From Bugula neritina (lineage: Eukaryota; Animalia; Bryozoa): 64,000 nucleotides of DNA. The notes under the pieces were generated by a model, which worked only from the letters and a program-made list of their open reading frames with translations, was not told the origin of the DNA and did no database searches. The translations under genes were made by a program, and so were the position numbers. Below, one piece after another: positions 1 to 10,600 of this stretch (position 1 is the stretch's first letter; each line of letters opens with the position of its first letter). The stretch lies in the NCBI GenBank assembly GCA_964035545.1, contig OZ037767.1:18010259-18074258 (forward strand). The letters run 5' to 3'.

Positions 1-1504
1 AAACGTACTGCAACATACTGAAATATACTGCGAGATACTGCAACATACTGAATTACAATGTAACATACTGAAATACACTGCAACAAACCTAAATATATGG
101 GAATATACTGAAATATACTGTACTACGTTGAAAAACACTGCAACATATTGAAATATGCTGTAGCACAATGAAATACACTGCAACTCACTGAAATATAGTG
201 TAATATGCCGAAATGTACTGCAACATACTGAAATACACTGTAACATTTTAAAATATACTGCAACATACTGAAACACACTGCAAAATACTACAACATACTG
301 AAATACACTGCAACATACTGAAATATACTGTGACACACTGAAATATACTGCAACATACTGAAATACCTTGTAACATGCTGAAATACACTGCAACATACTG
401 AAATACACTGCTACATACTGAAATATACTGCAAGATACTGCAACATACTGAAATACAGTGTAACATACTGAAATACACTGCAACATACTGCATTATACTG
501 ACATACACTGGAACATATTGAAATACACTGCAACAAATTGAAGTATACTGCAACACACTGAAACATACGGCAACATACTCAAATATACTGCAACACATTG
601 AAATATACTGCAACATACTGAAATATAATGCAAGATACTGCAACATACTGAAATACACTGTGCCAAACTGAGATACACTGCAACATACCGCAACATACTG
701 CAACATACTGAAATACACTGTAACATATTGAGATACACTGCAACACATTGAAATATACTGCAACACACCGAAACATACGGCAACATAATGAAATATGCTG
801 TAGCATACTGAAATACACTGCAACACACTGAAGTATACTGCAACATACTGAAATATACTGCAACACACTGCAACTTACTGAAATACACTGTAACATACTG
901 AAATATACTGCAGAATACTACAACATACTGAAATACACTGTAACATGTTGAAATACACTGCAACATGTTGAAATACACAGCAACACATTGAAATATACTG
1001 CAACATACCGAAATATATGGTAAACTACTGAAATATGCTGTGACTCACAGAAAAATACTGCAATATACTGAAATATACTGTAACACACTGAAATATACTG
1101 CGACATACTGAAAAACACTGTAACATACTGAAACATACTGTAACATACTGAAATACACTGCAACATACTACAACATATTGAAATACACTGCAACACATTG
1201 AAATATACTGCAACATACCTAAATATATGGTAATATACTGAAATATACTGTAACATACTGAAATATACTGCAAGATACTGCAACATACTGAAATGCACTT
1301 TAACATACTGAAATACACTGCAACATACTGCATTATACTGACATACACTGGAACATATTGAAATACACTGCAACAAATTGAAGTATACTGCAACACACTG
1401 AAACATACGGCAAAATACTCAAATATACTGCAACACATTGAAATATACTGCAACATACTGAAATATAATGCAAGATACTGCAACATACTGAAATACACTG
1501 TGCC
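1..1504. repeat. 10-bp tandem satellite (ATACTGAAAT / AYACTGYAAC), left arm, runs off the window start
   Basis: Every 10-nt block is a variant of ATACTGCAAC / ATACTGAAAT / ACACTGYAAC, in constant register from 1 to 1504. Confidence 0.98.
1503..1504. other. Target-site duplication CC (left copy)
   Basis: Empty sites carry a single CC (ACTGTG-CC-AAACTG). The occupied site has CC on both sides of the element. Confidence 0.75.
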
Positions 1505-1728
1505 CACAGTTAGTTTAAGGTCATTACTTTCCAGATTCAGGCACTGCTTTATGTTATATATAAACGGTTTCCAGGGGATAGCTCGAACAGTTTTTGTCTC
1601 ACATTAACAAATTTTACATGAAAAGATAGCTCTTGCATTCCTCTTTCATATACTTTTTTAATTTTTCAATAAAAAATTTTCTGAGAAAGTTGTTGCATAA
1701 TAAGTAAAATTTTACACCCTCCATGTTC
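1505..1728 (+). repeat. Left terminal/subterminal inverted repeat (~225 bp, imperfect)
   Basis: Matches the reverse complement of 3838-4069 in blocks: terminal 19 bp, TGCTTTATGTT, GATAGCTCGAACAG (1577-1590), ATGAAAAGATA (1618-1628), ATATACTTTTTTA (1648-1660), then a weaker ungapped match (26/42) to ~1728. Confidence 0.85.
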
Positions 1729-2406
1729 CACTGCTGTAGCACAGGGGATTCATTTTATAAAGTCTAAAAGTTAAACTTGACATTCCTTGATATGTTTTCT
1801 CTAATATACTTTCTTTGTTTTTTGAAATTCTGTCTATGCTCTTCACAATTTGGTAAAAACATACACCATTTTGCAAGTTTCACTGCAATTTTCTAAATTC
1901 ATCATATGGTGGTTCTAGCTACGCTCCTGTGACTAATTATAACATTCCTAGTACGTTTGCCGCTCTGCGCTATCACAATAACATATAGTACCCTCTCGCA
2001 CAAATTGGCAATCTATTGGATTTCTGCCAATATAATGTTCCCTGTTTTACATTAGCACTTAGCTGAATCATCTCACTATGTTACAATAATATATTGAAAA
2101 TGCCTCAGCACAACATAATTCTTTGTTTGTTTGGCAGAGTTAATTTCAGCTAAATCACTTCACTTTGCAGTCTTGTCAGTAAAGGTCTGTCTATAGCGCA
2201 GCAGGTGTATACTTTCAGTTTCTCTAATTCACATATGATTATTTTAAGTACATTGTATTCTATAAGATCAATTTAAGGTTTAGTCCAGTGTTCAGTATCT
2301 AATTATTATGCATGTATGTTGTCTTACTGTTGAACAAAAGTTAAAAAAAAAACTTTACAATTATAGCCATATTTATTATACATGCGTAGGATTTGCATAA
2401 GTTGAC

Positions 2407-2414
2407 AAAAAAAA
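2407..2414 (-). terminator. Putative Pol III terminator (T8)
   Basis: A8 on the + strand, 12 nt downstream of the B box in the minus direction. Confidence 0.45.
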
Positions 2415-2426
2415 TTGCAACAACCA

Positions 2427-2436
2427 GGGTTGAACC
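2427..2436 (-). promoter_or_regulatory. Pol III internal promoter B box (GGTTCAACCC)
   Basis: Fits the GTTCRANNC consensus. Confidence 0.6.
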
Positions 2437-2468
2437 TTGACCAACCAACTCGTCGCTGACGCCTCTAA

Positions 2469-2479
2469 CCTCTGGACCA
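2469..2479 (-). promoter_or_regulatory. Pol III internal promoter A box (TGGTCCAGAGG)
   Basis: Fits the TRGYNNARNNG consensus and lies at tRNA-like distance from the B box. Confidence 0.55.
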
Positions 2480-3410
2480 CGCAGTCATCGTTAAAAAGAC
2501 GCGCACTATATGAGTGACTATCATTACATAAATATTTCGCGCGCAAATGGGTTATAATTATTAGGCTGTCAATTCATGTTGATAGCAGTCAACTGTTGCA
2601 ATAGTCTCGGGTTACTAGCAAAGCTAATGGTTTTGAACAAATAACCCAAAAGTTTAAAAATAAGTAGCTTGCGTATTACTAGCTACAAAAACAGGTCTGA
2701 AATAGACTGGTAAAGCAAGCTCTTATTGTAGAGTTTGCAGATGTGCTCTAAAATAAAACTTAAACTGTATGCTATTACATAAGTATTTGTATGCGAGAGA
2801 TAAATGGACATTACTGAGTTTCTGGAAAACAACATACTTGAAGTTAACTTTGACAATGGTGTGTTATTTTCATCATAGCTAGCCTATAGCATAAATCTCT
2901 AATCATATGAATCTTTATGAAGCCCACAGCTCATGTAAGGGTGGCAATGTAATTTGAAATGAACAATTATGTTGCTGCATTGTGTCTAAGGTATATTAGA
3001 GAGCAGAATTTGGTTTTACTAGCCTACCCCAACGGCATTCTACAATGCAGCTTATATGCTGGCAGTTGTAATAAGTACTGCCAATAGCAAGGTTACTATC
3101 ACTGCTAGCTCTGTGCAGTATGTAACCTCTTGAATAATTGCGCCAATTTTAAACTCTTGGAAGTTGGCCAAGTTATCATATCGCAGCCAGCCACCGGAGA
3201 CAAAGCATTAGAGCTATTCATATAATATTATACTAATGCACTTGGTAGCAGAGTGGCTAATCTAATATAGTTCATAGTTCAACACCCTTTACTTTGGGAA
3301 TACAGCCTCTTTTTTTAGGTTTACCTTACAAAGCATGAAAATATCTAAACTGATATTCTGATAATTTAGAGGTACATTTTGAAAACTAGGTTAATTGCAC
3401 TTGTTTGCAC

Positions 3411-3502
3411 AACAACAATAATAAAATAGATATTATGCAGTATAATAAAAACACACATAATACTATATAATATATTATAATGATAATAATATAATATTAT
3501 AA
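3411..3502. repeat. AT-rich low-complexity tract (degenerate ATA/AAT) inside the transposon
   Basis: For example ataatactatataatatattataatgataataatataatattataag. Confidence 0.6.
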
Positions 3503-3837
3503 GTACCATTACTGCATTTTATAAATCACATGGTTGCCAAAAAAATGTATCACAAATTTTGTAATTATACATCAAAAATAGAACTAGCTAGGCAGCAGGT
3601 TAGAATAGAGTAAATTTTTAAAACATGAAATCATGATTTGACTATTGTTTTATTTAGGCCAACCAACCTAGGAATACAAGATTGGGTTTTAGCTGACAGT
3701 TTATAACATTTAGCTTTTGAGCCAGCAGCACTGGCACTTGTGAAGTATAGGCAAAGTTAGTGAAGCGAGACTAACAAGCACTCAAATACAAGGCATATTG
3801 AGACACAATAACAAGTCAGGAGCGTATAAATTGAAAA

Positions 3838-4069
3838 GAATGTGGAAGGGGGACTATGTTTTTCAACAAGCTATAACTTAAACATGAATTGGCTTTTGAA
3901 AAAAATAAAAAAGTATATTGGAGAACATAAGTTTCTTTATCTTTTCATATTTTTTTTGTTCCTGTGACATTCAACCTGTTCGAGCTATCAGTGGAACATT
4001 GTTCATATAGAACATAAAGCACCTGGCAAAGAGCCAGAAAATGAAAAGTATGACCTTAAACCAACTGTG
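3838..4069 (-). repeat. Right terminal/subterminal inverted repeat (~230 bp, imperfect)
   Basis: CTGTTCGAGCTATC 3976-3989, TATCTTTTCAT 3938-3948 and TAAAAAAGTATAT 3906-3918 are exact reverse complements of the left-end blocks, with the same 27- and 19-bp spacers. Confidence 0.85.
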
Positions 4070-4071
4070 CC
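4070..4071. other. Target-site duplication CC (right copy)
   Basis: ...AACTGTG|CC|AAACTGAGA resumes the satellite exactly as in the empty alleles. Confidence 0.75.
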
Positions 4072-4639
4072 AAACTGAGATACACTGCAACATACCGCAA
4101 CATACTGCAACATACTGAAATACACTGTAACATATTGAGATACACTGCAACACATTGAAATATACTGCAACACACCGAAACATACGGCAACATAATGAAA
4201 TATGCTGTAGCATACTGAAATACACTGCAACACACTGAAGTATACTGCAACATACTGAAATATACTGCAACACACTGCAACTTACTGAAATACACTGTAA
4301 CATACTGAAATATACTGCAGAATACTACAACATACTGAAATACACTGTAACATGTTGAAATACACTGCAACACATTGAAATATACTGCAACACACCGAAA
4401 TATATGGGAAACTACTGAAATATGCTGTGACACATAGAAAAATACTGCAATATACTGAAATATACTCTAACACACTGAAATATACTGCGACATACTGAAA
4501 AACACTGTAACATACTGAAACATACTGCAACATCCTGAAATACACTGCAACATACTACAACATTTTGAAATACACTGCAACACATTGAAATATACTGCAA
4601 CATACCTAAATATACGGTATAATACTGAAATATACTGTA

Positions 4640-7600
4640 ACATACTGAAATACACTGTAACATGTTGAAATACACTGCAACACATTGAAATATACTGCAA
4701 CATACCGAAATATATGGTAAACTACTGAAATATGCTGTGACACATAGAAAAATACTGCAATATACTGAAATATACTCTAACACACTGAAATATACTGCGA
4801 CATACTAAAAAACACTGTAACATACTGAAACATACTGCAACATCTTGAAATACACTGCAACATACTACAACATACTGCAACATACTGAATTACAGTGTAA
4901 CATATTGAAATATACTGTAACTCACTGAAATATAGTGTAATCAACGGAAATGTACTGTAACATACTGAAACATACTGAAACATACTAAAATATACTGGAG
5001 CATACCGAAACGTACTGCAACATACTGAAATATACTGCGAGATACTGCAACATACTGAAATACACTGTAACATACTGAAATACACTGCAACATACTGCAA
5101 CATACTGCAACATACTGAATTACAGTGTAACATATTGAAATACACTGCAATACATTGAAATATACTGCAACACACTGAAACATACTGCAGCATACTGAAA
5201 TATACTGCAACATATCGAAGTGTATCGTAATATACGCACATGTACTGTAACATACTGAAACATAACGTAACATACTAAAATATACTGGAACATACCGGAA
5301 CATACTGCATTATAATGAAATATACTGTACCACACTGAAATATACGGCAAAATACTGAAATATACTTCAACATACTGAAATATACTGCAACACACTGCAA
5401 CTTACTGAAATACACTGTAACATACTGAAATACACTGTAACATGTTGAAATACACAGCAACACATTGAAATATACTGCAACATACCGAAATATATGGTAA
5501 ACTACTGAAATATGCTGTGACTCACAGAAAAATACTGCAATATACTGAAATATACTGTAACACACTGAAATATACTGCGACATACTGAAAAACACTGTAA
5601 CATACTGAAACATACTGTAACATACTGAAATACACTGCAACATACTACAACATATTGAAATACACTGCAACACATTGAAATATACTGCAACATACCTAAA
5701 TATATGGTAATATACTGAAATATACTGTAACATACTGAAATATACTGCAAGATACTGCAACATACTGAAATGCACTTTAACATACTGATTTACACTGCAA
5801 CATACTGACTTATACTGACATACACTGGAACATATTGAAAGACACTGCAACAAATTGAAGTGTGCTGCAACACACTGAAACATACGGCAACATGCTGAAA
5901 TATACAGCGACACATTGAAATATACTGCAACACACTGCAATATACTGAAATATAATGGAAGATACTGCAACATACTGAAATACACTGTGACATACTGAGA
6001 TACACTGCAACATACTGAACCATACTGAAATACACTGTAACTTATTGAAATACACTGCAACACATTGAAATATACTGCAACACACCGAAACATACGGCAA
6101 CATACTGAAATATGATGTAGCATACTGAAATACACTGCAACACACTGAAGTATACTGTAATATACACAAACGTACTGTAAAAAACTGAAACATACGTCAA
6201 CATACTGAAATGTACTGCACCATACTGAAATACACTGTAATATACTGAATTACACTGCGACAAACTGCAACATACTGAAATACGCTGTAACATATTGAAA
6301 TACACTGCAACACATTGAAATATACTGTAACTCACTGAAATATAGTGTAATCAACGGAAATGTACTGTAACACACTGAAACATACTGAAACATACTAAAA
6401 TATACTGGAGCATACCGAAACGTACTGCAACATACTGAAATATACTGCGAGATACTGCAACATACTGAAATACACTGTAACATACTGAAATACACTGCAA
6501 CATACTGCAACATACTGCAACATACTGAATTACAGTGTAACATATTGAAACACACTGCAATACATTGAAATATACTGCAACACACTGAAACATACTGCAA
6601 CATACGGAAATATACTGCAACATATCGAACTGTATCGTAATATACGGACATGTACTGTAACATGCTGAAACATACCGAAACATACTAAAATATACTGGAA
6701 CATACCGGAACATACTGCAACATAATGAAATATACTGTACCAAACTGAAATATACGGCAAAATACTGGAATATACTGTAACACACTGAAATATACTGCAA
6801 CATATTGAAATACACTGTAACATAATGAAATATACTGCAACATACTGCAACATACTGCAACATACTGAAATACACTGTAACATACTGAAATACACTGCAA
6901 CATACTACAACATAGTGAAACACACTGCAATATACTGAAATATACTGTGACACACTGAAAGAGATTGCAACATACTGAAATACACTGTAACATACTGAAA
7001 TACACTGCAACATACTGAAATACCCTGCTACATACTGAAATATACTGCAAGATACTGCAACATACTGAAACACAGTGTAACATACTGAAATACACTGCAA
7101 CATACTGCATTATACTGACATACACTGGAACATATTGAAATACACTGCAACAAATTGAAGTATACTGCAACACACTGAAACATACGGCAACATACTCAAA
7201 TATACTGCAACACATTGAAATATACTGCAACATACTGAAATATAATGCAAGATACTGCAACATACTGAAATACACTGTGCCAAACTGAGATACACTGCAA
7301 CATACCGCAACATACTGCAACATACTGAAATCCACTGTAACATATTGAAATACACTGCAACACATTGAAATATACTGCAACACACCGAAACATACGGCAA
7401 CATAATGAAATATGCTGTAGCATACTGAAATACACTGCAACACACTGAAGTATACTGCAACATACTGAAATATACTGCAACACACTGCAACTTACTGAAA
7501 TACACTGTAACATACTGAAATATACTGCAGAATACTACAACATACTGAAATACACTGTAACATGTTGAAATACACTGCAACACATTGAAATATACTGCAA

Positions 7601-10600
7601 CATACCGAAATATATGGTAAACTACTGAAATATGCTGTGACACATAGAAAAATACTGCAATATACTGAAATATACTCTAACACACTGAATTATACTGCGA
7701 CATACTGAAAAACACTGTAACATACTGAAACATACTGCAACATCCTGAAATACACTGCAACATACTACAACATACTGCAACATACTGAATTACAGTGTAA
7801 CATATTGAAATACACTGCAATACATTGAAATATACTGCAACACACTGAAACATACTGCAGCATACTGAAATATACTGCAACATATCGAAGTGTATCGTAA
7901 TATACGCACATGTACTGTAACATACTGAAACATAACGTAACATACTAAAATATACTGGAACATACCGGAACATACTGCAACATAATGAAATATACTGTAC
8001 CACACTGAAATATAAGGCAAAATACTGAAATATACTTCAACATACTGAAATATACTGCAACATACTGCAACACACGGAAGTTTGCTGTAACATGTTAAAA
8101 TGCACGACAACATGCTGAAATACACTGCAACAAACCTAAATATATGGGAATATACTGAAATATACTGTACTACGTTGAAAAACACTGCAACATATTGAAT
8201 TATGCTGTAGCACAATGAAATACACTGCAACTCACTGAAATATAGTGTAATATGCCGAAATGTACTGTAACATACTGGAATATACTGTAACACACTGAAA
8301 TATACTGCAACATACTGAAATACACTGTAACATTTTAAAATATACTGCAACATACTGAAACACACTGCAAAATACTACAACATACTGAAATACACTGCAA
8401 CATACTGAAATATACTGTGACACACTGAAATATACTGCAACATACTGAAATACACTGTAACATACTGAAATACACTGCAACATACTGAAATACACTGCTA
8501 CATACTGAAATATACTGCAAGATACTGCAACATACTGAAATACAGTGTAACATACTGAAATACACTGCAACATGCTGCATTATACTGACATACACTGGAA
8601 CATATTGAAATACACTGCAACACATTGAAATATATTGCAACACACCGAAACATACGGCAACATATTGAAATATGCTGTAGCATACTGAAATACACTGCAA
8701 CACACTGAAGTATACTGTAATATACAGAAATGTACTGTAACAAACTGAAACATACGTCAACATACTGAAATACACTGCCACATACTGAAATATACTGCAA
8801 AATGCTGAAATATACTGCAACACACTACAACTCACTGAAATACACTGTAACATACTGAAATACACTGCAAAATACAACAACATACTGAAATACACTGTAA
8901 CATATTGAAATACACTGCAACACATTGAAATATACTGCAACATACCGAAATATATGGTAAACTACTGAGATATACTGTAACACACAGAAAAATACTGCAA
9001 TATACTGAAATATACTGTAACACACTGAAATATACTGCAACATACTGAAATACACTGTAACATACTGAAACACACTGCAACATACTGCAACATACTGCAA
9101 CATACTGAATTACAGTGTAACATATTGAAATACACTGCAACAAATTGAAGTATACTGCAACACACTGAAGTTTACTGTAATATACAGAAATGTACTGTAA
9201 CAAACTGAAACATACGTCGACATACTGAAATACACTGCCACATACTGAAATATACTGCAACATACTGAAATTTACTGCAACATACACAGGAACATATTGA
9301 GATACACTGCAACAAGTTGAAGTATACTGCAACACACTGAAACATACGGCAAAATGCTGAAATATACTGCGACACATTGAAATATACTGCAACATACTGC
9401 AATATACTGGAATAAAATGCAAGATACTGCAACATACTGAAATCCACTGTGACATACTGAGATACACTGCAACATACTGCAACATACTGCAACATACTGA
9501 AATACACTGTAACATATTGAAATACACTGCAATACATTGAAATATACTGCAACACACTGAAACATACTGCAACATACTGAAATTTGTCGCAACATATCGA
9601 AGTATATCGTAATATACGGACATGTGCTGTAACATACTGAAACATACTGAAACAAACTAAAACATACTGGAACATACCGAAACATACTGCAACATAATGA
9701 AATATACTGTACCACGATATGTACTGTAACATATTGGAATATACTGTAACACACTGAAATATACTGCAACATATTGAAATACACTGTACCATAATGAAAT
9801 ATACCGCAACATACTGCAACATACTGCAACATACTGCAACATACTGAAATACACTGTAACATACTGGAATACACTGCAACATACTACAACATAGTGAAAT
9901 ACACTGCAACATACTGAAATATACTGTGACACACTGAAAGAGACTGCAAAATACTGAAATACACTGTAACATACTGAAATAGACTGCAACATACTGAAAT
10001 ACCCTGCTACATACTGAAATATACTGCAAGATACTACAACATATTGAAATACACTGCAACACATTGAAACATACTGCAACATACCTAAATATATGGTAAT
10101 ATACTGAAATATACTGTAACATACTGAAATATACTAAAATATAATGCAAGATACTGCAACATACTGAAATACACTGCAACACACTGAAGTATACTGTAAT
10201 ATACACAAATGTACTGTAACAAACTGAAACATAGGTCAACATACTGAAATGTACTGCACCATACTGAAATACACTGTAATATACTGAATTACACTGCAAC
10301 ATACTCCAACATACTGAAATACGCTGTAACATATTGAAATACACTGCAACACATTGAAATATACTGTAACTCATTGAAATATAGTGTAATCAACGGAAAT
10401 GTACTGTAACATACTGAAACATACTGAAACACACTAAAATATACTGGAGCATATCGAAACGTACTGCAACATACTGAAATATACTGCGAGATACTGCAAC
10501 ATACTGAATTACAATGTAACATACTGAAATACACTGCAACAAACCTAAATATATGGGAATATACTGAAATATACTGTACTACGTTGAAAAACACTGCAAC

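Larger units (their letters stand above)
2407..2486 (-). pseudogene. Degenerate tRNA-like / SINE-head-like Pol III cassette (not a canonical tRNA)
   Basis: Minus strand reads GACTGCG-TGGTCCAGAGG-TTAGAGGCGTCAGCGACGAGTTGGTTGGTCAA-GGTTCAACCC-TGGTTGTTGCAA-TTTTTTTT. This gives an A box at nt 8, a B box 32 nt later, then a T8 run. Acceptor stem pairs poorly and the anticodon-like loop is only 5 nt. Confidence 0.6.
1505..4069. mobile_element. Non-autonomous TIR DNA transposon, 2,565 bp, CACAG...CTGTG termini, 2-bp TSD (CC); probably CMC (CACTA/EnSpm-Mirage-Chapaev) superfamily
   Basis: Left end CACAGTTAGTTTAAGGTCA versus reverse-complemented right end CACAGTTGGTTTAAGGTCA (18/19). Flanked by CC at 1503-1504 and 4070-4071. 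The empty allele ACTGTGCCAAACTGAGA is at 657, 7274, 12533, 25659, 27799, 29939, 54863 and 59853. No internal ORF of 60 aa or more in the track. CACAG fits the CMCWR terminal motif; the superfamily call is inference. Confidence 0.88.
421..4370. repeat. 840-bp-offset satellite duplication whose second copy is split by the transposon (~421-963 versus ~1261-1504 + 4072-4370)
   Basis: Same order of diagnostic variants (cattatactgacat, tgtgcc, ataccgcaac, rare catattgaga, gcagaatactac) in both copies. Confidence 0.75.

Noticed and set aside
1505-1540. CACAGT(T) resembles the RSS heptamer CACAGTG, suggesting Transib or a RAG-like transposon
   Set aside because: Position 7 differs, no nonamer at 12/23 spacing, no 5-bp TSD (GTGCC versus CCAAA) and no transposase sequence.
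2407-2486. Functional tRNA gene
   Set aside because: Poor acceptor and T stems, a 5-nt anticodon-like loop, and no assignable anticodon.
2004-3083. Small 7-bp-stem hairpins at 2004-2031 and 3060-3083
   Set aside because: Too short to separate from chance, and no Helitron-like CTRR end at an insertion boundary.
2959-3087. 42-aa plus-strand ORF (MNNYVAALCLRY...)
   Set aside because: Short, no recognisable motif, and expected by chance. Spliced transposase remnants in the insert cannot be excluded without TBLASTX/HMM searches.
1515-4059. piggyBac element (TTAA flanks)
   Set aside because: piggyBac ends typically start CC after TTAA. Here they start GG, which is Kolobok-like at most.
1497-4071. 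hAT-type element with an 8-bp TSD ACTGTGCC
   Set aside because: This would end the element at 4063 and remove 6 bp from only one TIR. The symmetric CACAG/CTGTG ends with CC fit better. The 8-bp identity is kept as a separate finding.
3971-4303. ORFs with non-repetitive C-termini (WFKVILFIFW..., GLRSYFSFSG...)
   Set aside because: They are satellite frames reading through into the right TIR.
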